Source: Alphaproteobacteria bacterium
Lineage (GTDB): Bacteria; Pseudomonadota; Alphaproteobacteria; GCA-2731375
NCBI GenBank assembly: GCA_965232515.1
Contig: CBDDPY010000002.1
Coordinates: 5,984,001 to 6,048,000, forward strand
Direction: 5' to 3'
Length of the DNA: 64,000 bases
The notes under the pieces were generated by a model. It saw only the letters and a program-made list of their open reading frames with translations, had not been told where the DNA came from and made no database searches. A program made the position numbers and the translations under genes. This document shows, piece after piece, positions 37,466 to 47,112 of this stretch (positions are counted from its first letter, which is position 1; the number at the start of each line of letters is the position of its first letter).

Positions 37466-39424
37466 TCACTTACGGTCGATGGCGATATGTAGTTTGGATT
37501 GCTCGGCGACGTGGTCCAGAAATCGGTTGAAACGTTGGATCTCGCCGACGGCGATTCGGGCAGCCGGCATCGCGAGTTCAGTGATGACAACCAGCCCATC
37601 ATCGGTCGCGTTTACACGGCGTCGGAGGTAGCCGTAGGGTGCCACGAAGTTTATCTGTGCGCCGCGATGCTCGACACGCCAGTTCGACGGCAAGAGAAAT
37701 GTGGTTTCACTGCGATAGCGCAAACCGGAGAAGTTGTAAGGATAGTGGCTGTTGGTCGTCTTCACCGATCGGGCTTCGGCAGCCAGCCAGACATCTTCGT
37801 CGACATAGTTGTCGTAATCGGCCGGATCGAACAGCTGCGGGTACTTTGCGACGGAACGGATCGTCACGGGACGTGACGTATCGTCGACGCCGTCGAGCTC
37901 AAGGCTGGGTTCGACGCGATTGCTGACATTCGTCTGGTAATCGTCGCGCGCCCACTCCAGCCGCTCGCTGGTGCTTCGTCGCTGCAGTCCCGCGCGCATG
38001 TCCACGCCGTAGCCTTCGGAGTAGATCCGAGTCTGCCGTTCCTCCAGCAAACCGTCGTCCTGAAACCGGTTTTGCGTCGAGACGTCGTAGATCCAACGAT
38101 ATTTGACCTTGCCGAAATGAACCGGTTCCCGCATCTCGTTCGTCAGATCGAGGCGAATGGCTCCATGAAGGCTATGTGAGAACTGGTCGGACGGCGTATG
38201 CGGATCGGTCAGGTCGTAGCACGTCTCTCTGCCATCCGGCAGCCTGACGCAGGCCACCATGTGGTCGAAATAGCTGGCTGCCGGCAACAACAGCTTGCTG
38301 CTGTCAAACCGCTCGAACGTCGTCAGAACGGGATAGGCCCCGATCCCGATGTGGTTGACCATCGCCACGAACAGGGCCGTCTTGTCCTTGCAATCGCCGA
38401 ACCGGCGCTCCAGCGTGGTCTCGACCGGGCGCGGAACTATGCCGCCGAGGCCGGCCTCGAGGCCGACATAGCGGATCTCCTGCGCGACGAAGCGATGGAT
38501 GCGCGACAGACTCTCGTCTATCGATGTCGCATCGGCCAGTAGATCGTCGAGCACGTCCTCCAAGCCGTCGTCCTGCATCAGTGCCGGCTCGAACAGCGAC
38601 CGCACCAACAGTCCGAGCCCCTGCCATGTCGTTCGTTCCGAGATGACCAGCGTCGGCAGAACGTCCCGATAGTAAATGTTTTGATCCCAGGGGCGGGCCG
38701 CCAGATGCCGCGCACTGCAGCTTAACGCCCGTGGGCCTTCCCTGCGGCAGTCCAGGTCGTCTAGATCGCTGCGCCATTGCGGCACCACGCCGCCGGTCTC
38801 CCACCTGACGTTGACCTCGAATGCTTCGCGCGGCCGGAATATCTGGGGAAAGAATATTCGGGACCATGGCAGCGGCCAGAGGCCGGCCTTGCGCTCGGTC
38901 TTGGTCACCAGGACGGCGATGGCATCGACCGTGAGGCCCGGAAATGGCACCACGACCTGGTATGAATCCGTGAAGACATCGTCGTCCGAATCCGCCAGCA
39001 CCTGTAGCGTGACGGGATCGACATCGATGCGTCTGCCGTCGGGTAGCAGCGTATAGGCTTGCTCGATGACCGCATGCTGGCTGTAGGCATCTACCCAGAA
39101 GCTGATGTTGCCGGCTTCACGAACGGCGGAGGGGTTGTTCAGAAGCCGGGTGATGACCCGGGTCTCCTCAATCCTGCCATCGGCCCGGAGAGTCAGATCG
39201 GCGCGAAACAGCGGCTCGACAAAGTCCGCATCCTGTTCATCGACCGCGTCCTTCCGCTCCGGTGCGATTGCCAGATCGGCATAACCGAAAGCCGGCTCCT
39301 GAGGTCGCCAGGAGACAAACTCGACCGGCATTCCATTGATGGTCAGCGCCCGACCGGTATCGATTTGCGCAACGGCAGATGTCCAGAGCCCGACCAGCGC
39401 ACAGATAAGCAACAACTGCTTCAT
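37466..39424 (-). CDS. Exported DUF3857/transglutaminase-like protein
   Basis: Signal peptide; IRYVG, FGDCKDK, FDHMV and DLT give the Cys-His-Asp triad. Confidence 0.85.
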   Translation of the reverse strand: MKQLLLICALVGLWTSAVAQIDTGRALTINGMPVEFVSWRPQEPAFGYADLAIAPERKDAVDEQDADFVEPLFRADLTLRADGRIEETRVITRLLNNPSAVREAGNISFWVDAYSQHAVIEQAYTLLPDGRRIDVDPVTLQVLADSDDDVFTDSYQVVVPFPGLTVDAIAVLVTKTERKAGLWPLPWSRIFFPQIFRPREAFEVNVRWETGGVVPQWRSDLDDLDCRREGPRALSCSARHLAARPWDQNIYYRDVLPTLVISERTTWQGLGLLVRSLFEPALMQDDGLEDVLDDLLADATSIDESLSRIHRFVAQEIRYVGLEAGLGGIVPRPVETTLERRFGDCKDKTALFVAMVNHIGIGAYPVLTTFERFDSSKLLLPAASYFDHMVACVRLPDGRETCYDLTDPHTPSDQFSHSLHGAIRLDLTNEMREPVHFGKVKYRWIYDVSTQNRFQDDGLLEERQTRIYSEGYGVDMRAGLQRRSTSERLEWARDDYQTNVSNRVEPSLELDGVDDTSRPVTIRSVAKYPQLFDPADYDNYVDEDVWLAAEARSVKTTNSHYPYNFSGLRYRSETTFLLPSNWRVEHRGAQINFVAPYGYLRRRVNATDDGLVVITELAMPAARIAVGEIQRFNRFLDHVAEQSKLHIAIDRK

Positions 39425-40530
39425 TAAGGTTCGACCTTTTCCACGAGCGACAAGCTCTTCACCAATCGCTCGATATCACTCTCGATTATCGGTCCTTCTG
39501 CGGTTCGGGCGATGACTTCGATAATGGTGTCGTCGGTGAACAGAACCGCGATCCAGTATGTCTGGTCTGTATCGAAAGTATTGGCGTTGCGGTATCGGGT
39601 GAACGAAACCGGGATAAGGTCATCCGTTCGCAGGACCCGAATTTCATCCGATGAAGATGAAATCATTTCTTCGTCGATCATCTGTCGATGGGCATTGACC
39701 AACTGGTCCATCGTCAGATCGTCGCGTTTGTTCGTGTGGACGACGGCCCAGGTTTCGACCGTCGGACCCAGCAGCTCGAGATCGGCTTTGGCGTCGAGCG
39801 TGCCCGGCTTAGCCCGAGCCCAACCATAGTCCGGCACGCTCAGCGTGTAGCTGCCGCTGGTGCCGCTGACACGGGCATCGACCTCTAACCGCTCGCCGCC
39901 ACGTCGGTCGACGTGGACGGATATCCCAAAGGCCATAAGGGCAATAAGTGGAAAGCCGCAGGCCAGCGCGGCGTATTGCAGTTTGGTGTAGCGGTACGGC
40001 CGGCTGGTCCAGGCCGGGTCCGTCAGCGACAGCTTGTGATGGTTGAGCTGCCGTTGCAGCAACATCCAGGGAAGCGGCGAAACGGTCACCGACAGCAAGA
40101 GCACAATAGCGTATGAGGTTCCGTCTTTGATATCTGTGAATGTCATGGCAACGCCGATGATGCCGGTGATCACCGCCGTGCCGACAATGACCATACGGGG
40201 CGGTCCGACGCGCGGCGCCAGCATCTCGTCCAACCGTTTCAGCAAACCGGTCATCCGCCAGGCGAGAAACGGCGGCGCCATGGGCACACACAGCGCCACG
40301 ACGTACAGCCATGGTCGAATCTTTGGATCAACGTGACGTCGCATGTCAGTAGCGAAACGCCACGACCAGAAGAGTTGGTAGATACCGATCGTGGACACGA
40401 ACAGCAGGTAGAGTTGCCACAATGCAATCGGTGGATACCACGGCGGCAGTTCGGGCGGCTCGTTCTGCTGAGCAGCCCGCTCATCCTGCTCGACTGGGGC
40501 GGTTTCCGACGGCGGTGGCGTGCTGTTCAT
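39424..40530 (-). CDS. Hypothetical membrane protein (DUF4234-like N-terminus, C-terminal soluble domain)
   Basis: About 5 TM segments, TIGIYQLFW; stop overlaps the next start (TAATG). Confidence 0.65.
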   Translation of the reverse strand: MNSTPPPSETAPVEQDERAAQQNEPPELPPWYPPIALWQLYLLFVSTIGIYQLFWSWRFATDMRRHVDPKIRPWLYVVALCVPMAPPFLAWRMTGLLKRLDEMLAPRVGPPRMVIVGTAVITGIIGVAMTFTDIKDGTSYAIVLLLSVTVSPLPWMLLQRQLNHHKLSLTDPAWTSRPYRYTKLQYAALACGFPLIALMAFGISVHVDRRGGERLEVDARVSGTSGSYTLSVPDYGWARAKPGTLDAKADLELLGPTVETWAVVHTNKRDDLTMDQLVNAHRQMIDEEMISSSSDEIRVLRTDDLIPVSFTRYRNANTFDTDQTYWIAVLFTDDTIIEVIARTAEGPIIESDIERLVKSLSLVEKVEP

Positions 40531-40700
40531 TGAGCGGACCGATTTACATTGAGAACGCGTCAGCAAAGACTGACCTAGCCCATGACCGCCGACGGTACAA
40601 CTCTAGTCAACAAATCTGGTGTGTCTATCTTCCTCTGGGTTGATGACAAAAGCGTAAAACGGCCGTCGATCCGTCGCCGGTTGCGATGGTTAACCGGGAC

Positions 40701-40739
40701 AAAGCAAAAATAACGGCCGCAGCCCGGGGGCGGCGGCCG
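40701..40739 (-). terminator. Rho-independent terminator downstream of the NMT1-type binding protein gene
   Basis: CGGCCGC/GCGGCCG stem followed on the minus strand by TTATTTTTGCTTT. Confidence 0.6.
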
Positions 40740-40775
40740 AATTGTACGCGTGCGCCCGTTGGCCGGGCGGCGGTG

Positions 40776-41777
40776 TTATTTGGTCATTTTGAGCGACGTG
40801 TCGAGGAAGTCGTTTGAGTAGGCATCCGTGATGTCGAACGGCTTCTCGAGGCTGAAGTAGGTCTCGATCAGCTTGTAGTCGTCCTGCATGCGGGTCGGAT
40901 CGAAATGGCCCAGGGCGACGGAGCGCGAATTCTTGTCGCTCATCAACTCCTCGACCAGCTGCCAGTTGGCGACGCTGTCGGGGCGCTTGAGGCCGCTGTT
41001 GGCCTCGATCAGCGCGTCGATGCAGGGATCGGGATCGGCGACGCAGGCGTGATAGGCCTTCTGCGTCACCTGCACGAAGGCCTTCACCACGCCAGGCTTC
41101 TCCTTCAGGAAGGCGCCGTTGGCGATCACCGAGTTGCCGTAGGGGTTGATGCCGATGTCGCGCAGGGCGAGGAAACCCATGTCGTCGCCGAACACCCGCT
41201 CGAAGATGAAGTGGATGTTATAGAACGACGTCGTGACATGGATGCTGTCGGACTTCAGCGACGCGATCTTCGCGTTCGGCTGGACATTCACCCAGGTTAC
41301 CGAGTCCGGATCGATGTCGGCCGCCTTGGCCATGGCCGGCCACATCTGGCGCGCCGCGTCCCAGGGCGGGTTGCCGATCTTCTTGCCGGGGAAGTCCTTC
41401 AGCCCGGTAATGCCCGAGCTCTTCTTCCAATAGAGGCCGTAGGGCGAGTTGGCGTAGATGTTGAAGACGGCGACCAGATCGGCGCCCTTGCCGCGGTTCA
41501 CGAGCGCGGTGCCGAGATCGGCGATGCCGAGCTGGTTCTTGCCAATGCCGACGCGCTGGGACGAGAGGGTCGAGCCCTTGCCCTGCTCGATGGTCAGGTC
41601 GATGCCGGCATCCGCGTACCAGCCCTGCTTGTGGGCGTAGTAGATCGGGGCATGATCGCCGCCGGCGACCCAGTTGAGGATAAAGCTGACCTTTTCGGCC
41701 GCCTGGGCCGGAGCCGAGGCCACGGCGGCCATGGCCATGGCGATGCCGGCGCCGATGGCGACGAAGTGGCGACGCAT
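40776..41777 (-). CDS. NMT1/THI5-like ABC substrate-binding protein
   Basis: Signal peptide; LNW, GWYADAGIDLTI, GKKIG and YSNDFL motifs; GGGAG RBS. Confidence 0.88.
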   Translation of the reverse strand: MRRHFVAIGAGIAMAMAAVASAPAQAAEKVSFILNWVAGGDHAPIYYAHKQGWYADAGIDLTIEQGKGSTLSSQRVGIGKNQLGIADLGTALVNRGKGADLVAVFNIYANSPYGLYWKKSSGITGLKDFPGKKIGNPPWDAARQMWPAMAKAADIDPDSVTWVNVQPNAKIASLKSDSIHVTTSFYNIHFIFERVFGDDMGFLALRDIGINPYGNSVIANGAFLKEKPGVVKAFVQVTQKAYHACVADPDPCIDALIEANSGLKRPDSVANWQLVEELMSDKNSRSVALGHFDPTRMQDDYKLIETYFSLEKPFDITDAYSNDFLDTSLKMTK

Positions 41778-41850
41778 GCTGTTTCTCCCTGTTACGCTGC
41801 CCGCGCCGTCAGGCCGGTCTTGCCAAGGGCGCGGCGTTACGTTACCTGTT

Positions 41851-41866
41851 GTAACCAGTTGGTTAC
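41851..41866. promoter_or_regulatory. Candidate TetR operator 1: GTAACCA-GT-TGGTTAC
   Basis: Perfect 7-bp inverted repeat between the divergent SBP and tetR genes. Confidence 0.8.
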
Positions 41867-41887
41867 TCAACAGAATAGATAGACCGC

Positions 41888-42565
41888 ATGGCTTCTGTCA
41901 ATGAATCCGCCACCGAGGCCGGGACCGGGACGACGGCGACGGCAACGACGTCCCGGCGCGATCCCGAGCGCACGCGGGAGAACATCCTGCAGGCGGCGCT
42001 GGCGGAATTTGCGGACAAGGGCCTGGGCGGCGCGCGGGTCGACGAAATCGCCCAGCGGGCGGGCGCAAACAAGCGCATGCTGTACCACTATTTCGGCAAC
42101 AAGGAAGACCTGTTCCTGGCCGTGCTGGAGCGGGCCTACGAGCGCATTCGCGGCGCGGAGACACAGCTGCATCTGACCGAGCTGGAACCGGTGGCGGGCA
42201 TGCGCGAGCTGATCCGCTTCACCTTCAACTATCTGGTCGAGGCGCCGTACTTCATCCGCCTGCTGAACAGCGAGAACCTGCATCAGGCCCGGCACTTGAA
42301 GCAGTCGAAGCGGGTGCGCGAGCTGCATTCGGAGATGCTGGACATGATCGGCGACCTGCTGCGGCGCGGCGCCGAGCGCGGCGATTTCCGCGACGACGTC
42401 GATCCGACCCAGCTGTTCATCTCGATCACCGGCGTCTGCTACTTCTACTTCTCCAACATCCACACGCTGTCGACAATCATGGGCGCCGACCTGAGCACCA
42501 AGGCGGCCCTGCAATCGCGCGAGGCGCACGCCATCGCCGTCATTCTGGGGTATCTCAGGCCATGA
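41888..42565 (+). CDS. TetR family regulator (RutR/NicS-like)
   Basis: RDPERTR, GARVDEIA, NKRMLYHYFGNKEDL and RLLNSENL motifs. Confidence 0.92.
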   Translation: MASVNESATEAGTGTTATATTSRRDPERTRENILQAALAEFADKGLGGARVDEIAQRAGANKRMLYHYFGNKEDLFLAVLERAYERIRGAETQLHLTELEPVAGMRELIRFTFNYLVEAPYFIRLLNSENLHQARHLKQSKRVRELHSEMLDMIGDLLRRGAERGDFRDDVDPTQLFISITGVCYFYFSNIHTLSTIMGADLSTKAALQSREAHAIAVILGYLRP

Positions 42566-43650
42566 GCCTGCACTGGAGCGATCTGCCGGCCGAGGTGATG
42601 TCCGTGCTGCGCAAGGGCGCGGTGATCCCGGCGCATCCGCTGGCGTTGACCGCGGCGCGCCAGCTCGACGAGCGCCGGCAGCGGGCGCTGTCGCGTTACT
42701 ACATCGATGCCGGCGCCGGCGGCCTGGCCGTGGGCGTGCACACGACGCAGTTCGCGATCCGCGAGACCGGTCTCTACGCGCCGGTGCTGCGGCTGGCCGC
42801 CGAAGAGATGGACGGCTGGACCGACCGGCCGCTGGTGCGCATCGCCGGACTGGTCGGCCGCACGGAGGAGGCGCTGGCCGAGGCGGATGTCGCGCTGGGC
42901 CTGGGCTATCACGCCGGATTGTTGAGCCTGGCGGCGTTCCGCGGCGCGGCTGAGGACGAGATCATCGCGCATTGCCAGGCCGTGGCCGCGCGCATCCCGC
43001 TGGTCGGCTTCTATCTGCAGCCGGCGGTCGGCGGCGTGCTGCTGCCGCCGACGTTCTGGCGCCGCTTCGCCGAGATCGACAATGTGGTCGCTATCAAGAT
43101 GGCGCCCTTCAACCGTTACCGGACGCTGGACGTGGTGCGCGGCGTCGTCGCCGCGCGCGCCGAGGAACGGGTCACGCTCTATACCGGCAACGACGATCAT
43201 ATCGTCCTGGATCTGCTGACGCCGTTCGCGGTGTGTCGCGGCGGCGAGAACGTGGTGGTGCGGGTCCGGGGTGGCCTGCTGGGCCATTGGAGCGTCTGGG
43301 TGAAACGGGCCGTGGAGCTGCTGGCGCGCACGCAGGCCGCGGCCGAGCACGGCGTGGTGACGGCCGATCTGATGCAGCTCGACTCGCAGGTGACGGATTG
43401 CAATGCCGCCATCTTCGACGTCGCCAACGACTTCCACGGCTGCATTGCCGGTTGTCACGAGGTGCTGCGGCGGCAGGGACTGCTGGAAGGCATCTGGTGC
43501 CTCGATCCGAACGAGTGGCTGAGCCCGGGGCAAGCGGGCGAGATCGACCGGGTCTGCGCCGACTATCCACACCTGATCGACGACGACTTCGTCGCCGAAA
43601 ACCTCTCGCGCTGGCTGGACGGCGAAGTTCAACAGGCAGCGAGGGCGTGA
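42562..43650 (+). CDS. Dihydrodipicolinate synthase-fold (class I aldolase) protein
   Basis: VGVHTTQF, FYLQP, AIKMAPF (Schiff-base Lys) and YTGNDD motifs. Confidence 0.85.
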   Translation: MSLHWSDLPAEVMSVLRKGAVIPAHPLALTAARQLDERRQRALSRYYIDAGAGGLAVGVHTTQFAIRETGLYAPVLRLAAEEMDGWTDRPLVRIAGLVGRTEEALAEADVALGLGYHAGLLSLAAFRGAAEDEIIAHCQAVAARIPLVGFYLQPAVGGVLLPPTFWRRFAEIDNVVAIKMAPFNRYRTLDVVRGVVAARAEERVTLYTGNDDHIVLDLLTPFAVCRGGENVVVRVRGGLLGHWSVWVKRAVELLARTQAAAEHGVVTADLMQLDSQVTDCNAAIFDVANDFHGCIAGCHEVLRRQGLLEGIWCLDPNEWLSPGQAGEIDRVCADYPHLIDDDFVAENLSRWLDGEVQQAARA

Positions 43651-43652
43651 GC

Positions 43653-44396
43653 ATGGCGCTGACAACGGAACAACAAGCCGCGTATCGCCGCACCGGCCAC
43701 CTGACGGTGCCCGACGTGTTTACGGGCGCACGCATGGACGCGGCCATCGCCGATGCCGAGGCCTGGGGACGCGAATTCGTCGCCGGTCTGGATGCGGCCG
43801 AACGCGATTGGTACCTGGAAAGGGCCGTCGGGGCGCCCGACGTGCTGCGCAAGCTCGACCAGCCGGTGTTCCACCGGCCGGCGTTTCGCGCGCTCGCCGA
43901 GGACGACGCGTTGCTGGCGATGGTGGCCGACCTGATCGCGCGGCCGGCCGGCGTCGCCTTCAGCCAGATCTTCTTCAAGCCGCCGCACGGCGGCGGGCCG
44001 AAGCCGGTGCATCAGGACAACTACTATTTCGGGCCAAACGACCGTGAAGGCATGGTCACGGCCTGGGTGGCGCTGGACGCGGCGACCACGGAGAACGGTT
44101 GCCTCTATTTCGGCGACGGCAGCAACAACGGGCCGGTTTACAACCACGTCGCGCCGGCGGATGAGCCGTTCAATCTGCAGGTCCCGGCCGAGGAGGCGGC
44201 GCGGCACCCGATGACGCCGGCGCCGGTGCCCAAGGGCGGTGTCTCGTTCCACCACGGCAACACACTGCATCAGTCGTCGGACAACCGTTCGGACAAGTGG
44301 CGGCGCGCGGTCGCGATCCATTACTACGCCGCCGGTACCGACCTGACGACGCCGGCGCTGCGCTATGATCGCGACAAGTTCGTGACTCTGGGCTGA
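43653..44396 (+). CDS. Phytanoyl-CoA dioxygenase (PhyH) family protein
   Basis: FFKPP, HQDNYY, WVALD, NGCL and HHGNTLH motifs. Confidence 0.9.
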   Translation: MALTTEQQAAYRRTGHLTVPDVFTGARMDAAIADAEAWGREFVAGLDAAERDWYLERAVGAPDVLRKLDQPVFHRPAFRALAEDDALLAMVADLIARPAGVAFSQIFFKPPHGGGPKPVHQDNYYFGPNDREGMVTAWVALDAATTENGCLYFGDGSNNGPVYNHVAPADEPFNLQVPAEEAARHPMTPAPVPKGGVSFHHGNTLHQSSDNRSDKWRRAVAIHYYAAGTDLTTPALRYDRDKFVTLG

Positions 44397-44407
44397 CAGA
44401 ACGCCGC

Positions 44408-45172
44408 ATGGAGAACCGCAAGGAACGGATCGGCCGTTGGGTCCTGATCGTCGTCATGCATCTGGCGGTGATCGCGGTCTGGCAGCTCTGGATCACGCTG
44501 GGCGAGGTCGAGGCCTATATCATGCCGACGCCGCTCGCCACCTTCGCGACGCTGTTCGAGGACTATGACTGGTGGTCCAACACGCTGGTGACCGCGGCCT
44601 CGGTGTTCGGCGGCTTCTGGCTGGCGGTGGTGGTGGGCGTGCTGCTGGCGCTGGTGTTCTCCTGGTCGAAATGGCTGAACGACGCCTTCATGCCGGTGAT
44701 CGTGAGCTTGAACATGATCCCCAAGGTGGCGCTGGGGCCGATCTTCATCGTCTGGTTTTCCTACGGCATCGGGCCGAACATCATCATCGCCTTCAGCATC
44801 TGCTTCCTGCCGATCCTGATCACCACGGCGCGCGGCCTGAACGAGGTCGAGCCGGAGCTGATCGATCTGGTCCGCGCGCTAAAAGCCTCGCGCTGGCAGG
44901 TGTTCGCCAAGATCCAGCTGCCGGGCGCACTGCCGTACATCTTCTCGGGCATGAAAGTCGCCGTGGTGCTGGCCGTCGCCGGCGCCATCGTCGGCGAGTT
45001 CATCGCCTCCGAAAAGGGCCTCGGCTATCTGATGCTGCAGGTGCAGGTGACGCTCGACACGGCGGCGATGTTCATGGCGGTGCTGCTGATCACCTTTGTG
45101 GGCGTCGTGCTCTACGCCCTGGTGTTGCTGCTCGAGCTGATGCTCGTCGTGCGTGACGCGCGCGTCGAATGA
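44408..45172 (+). CDS. ABC permease (NitT/TauT type)
   Basis: IPKVALGP, LPGALPYIFSG and IVGEFIASEKGLG motifs. Confidence 0.92.
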   Translation: MENRKERIGRWVLIVVMHLAVIAVWQLWITLGEVEAYIMPTPLATFATLFEDYDWWSNTLVTAASVFGGFWLAVVVGVLLALVFSWSKWLNDAFMPVIVSLNMIPKVALGPIFIVWFSYGIGPNIIIAFSICFLPILITTARGLNEVEPELIDLVRALKASRWQVFAKIQLPGALPYIFSGMKVAVVLAVAGAIVGEFIASEKGLGYLMLQVQVTLDTAAMFMAVLLITFVGVVLYALVLLLELMLVVRDARVE

Positions 45173-45948
45173 GCGGGTCCGACGCCACCGACGCGTTCAT
45201 CCGGCTGGAGAACGTCCGCAAGGTCTACCGCACGCGCGGGCAGGAGTTCCTGGCCGTCTCCGACGTGACGCTGAACGTGGCGGCCGGCGAGCTGGTCTCG
45301 CTGGTTGGGCCGTCGGGCTGCGGCAAGACCACGGTGTTGAAGATCTTGGCCGGCCTGCACGGCCACGACGCCGGCAGCGTCGAGATCGGCACGTGGGCCG
45401 ATCCGTTCGATCCGGGGCGCGATATCGGCATGGTGTTCCAACAGTCGCTGCTGCTGAAATGGCGGCGGATCATCGACAACGTGCTGCTGCCGACGGAAAT
45501 CCTGGGCCTGCCGCAGGCCGAGAGCCGGGAGCGGGCGCGCGACCTGTTGCAGATGGTCGGCCTGGAAGGGTTCGAGGACAAATTTCCCTATGAGCTGTCG
45601 GGCGGCATGCAGCAGCGGGCGGCGATCGCCCGGGCGCTGGTGCACGATCCCAAAGTGGTGCTGATGGACGAGCCGTTCGGCGCGCTCGACGCGCTGACGC
45701 GCGAGAAGATGAACCTGGAGCTGCTGCGCATCTGGTCGGAAAGCCGCAAGACCATCATGTTCGTCACGCACAGCATTCAGGAAGCCGTGTTCCTGGGCTC
45801 GCGCTGTGCCGTGCTGACAGCGGGGCCGGCGCGCATGGCCGATAATTTCGAAATCGATCTGCCGTATCCGCGTCTTCTGGACATGAAGACGCACGAGAAT
45901 TTTGGCGTCTACACGCGGCGGATCTACAAACTACTGGGCATGGAGTGA
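45169..45948 (+). CDS. ABC ATP-binding protein (NitT/TauT type)
   Basis: GPSGCGKT, LSGGMQQR and MDEPFGALD motifs. Confidence 0.93.
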   Translation: MSGSDATDAFIRLENVRKVYRTRGQEFLAVSDVTLNVAAGELVSLVGPSGCGKTTVLKILAGLHGHDAGSVEIGTWADPFDPGRDIGMVFQQSLLLKWRRIIDNVLLPTEILGLPQAESRERARDLLQMVGLEGFEDKFPYELSGGMQQRAAIARALVHDPKVVLMDEPFGALDALTREKMNLELLRIWSESRKTIMFVTHSIQEAVFLGSRCAVLTAGPARMADNFEIDLPYPRLLDMKTHENFGVYTRRIYKLLGME

Positions 45949-45951
45949 GAC

Positions 45952-47109
45952 ATGAGCGAACGCCGCCTCGGCATCATCATGAACGGCGTCACCGGCCGCA
46001 TGGGCACCAACCAGCACCTGATCCGCTCTGTTCTGGCGATCATGGAACAGGGCGGCGTTCTGCTGGCAAACGGCGAGCGGGTGATGCCGGATCCGATCCT
46101 GGTCGGCCGCAACGCCGCCAAAACTGGCGACCTGGCCCGCCGGCACGGCATCGAGCGCTGGACCACCGATCTCGACGCGGCGCTCGACCATGCAGACGAT
46201 GAATTGTTCTTCGACGCGGCGACGACGCTCGCCCGCGCCGACCTGCTGCGCAAGGCCATCGCCAAGGGCAAGCATATCTACTGCGAGAAGCCGACGGCGG
46301 CATCGCTGGCCGACGCCATCGACGTCTATCGCCTGGCACGCGACGCCGGCGTCAAGCACGGCGTCGTGCAGGACAAGCTCTGGCTGCCGGGCCTGCGCAA
46401 GCTCAAGCTGCTGAACGACGCCGGCTTCTTCGGCCGCATCCTGTCGGTGCGCGGCGAGTTCGGCTACTGGGTGTTCGAGGGCGATCTGCAACCGGCGCAG
46501 CGGCCGTCCTGGAACTACAAAAAGGACGAGGGCGGCGGCATCATCGTCGACATGCTGGCGCATTGGCGTTACGTGCTGGACAACCTGTTCGGGCCCGTGC
46601 GCTCGGTGACCTGCCGGGGCGCCATCCACGTGCCGACGCGCTGGGACGAGCAGGACCAGGCCTATGACGTGACGGCCGACGACTCGGCTTATGCCATCTT
46701 CGAGCTCGACGGCGATATCATCGCGCAGTTCAACTCGTCCTGGGCCGTGCGCGTGCGGCGGGACGACTTGCTGACTCTGCAGGTCGACGGCACGTACGGT
46801 TCGGCCGTCGCGGGCCTGCGCGACTGTCGCACGCAGTCGCGCGTCAACACGCCGAAGCCGGTCTGGAACCCTGATGTCCCGTCCAGCATCGATTATTGGG
46901 CGAACTGGGACGAGGTGCCGGACAGCATGGACTACGACAACGCCTTCAAGGCGGAGTGGGAGCTGTTCATCCGGCACCTCTACGAGGGCGGCGACGACCC
47001 GTTCCCCTGGAACCTGCGCGAGGGCGCCAAGGGCGTGCAGCTGGCCGAGCTGGGCCTGCAGAGCTGGGCCGAGCGCCGCACCATCGACGTTCCCGAGCTG
47101 GAGGCCTGA
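45952..47109 (+). CDS. Gfo/Idh/MocA family oxidoreductase
   Basis: NGVTGRMG, YCEKP and GGGIIVDMLAHW motifs. Confidence 0.9.
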   Translation: MSERRLGIIMNGVTGRMGTNQHLIRSVLAIMEQGGVLLANGERVMPDPILVGRNAAKTGDLARRHGIERWTTDLDAALDHADDELFFDAATTLARADLLRKAIAKGKHIYCEKPTAASLADAIDVYRLARDAGVKHGVVQDKLWLPGLRKLKLLNDAGFFGRILSVRGEFGYWVFEGDLQPAQRPSWNYKKDEGGGIIVDMLAHWRYVLDNLFGPVRSVTCRGAIHVPTRWDEQDQAYDVTADDSAYAIFELDGDIIAQFNSSWAVRVRRDDLLTLQVDGTYGSAVAGLRDCRTQSRVNTPKPVWNPDVPSSIDYWANWDEVPDSMDYDNAFKAEWELFIRHLYEGGDDPFPWNLREGAKGVQLAELGLQSWAERRTIDVPELEA

Positions 47110-47112
47110 GCC

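Noticed and set aside
42972-44396. 474-aa ORF as a long dioxygenase
   Set aside because: Its first half overlaps the DHDPS-like gene in another frame; the PhyH domain starts near 43653
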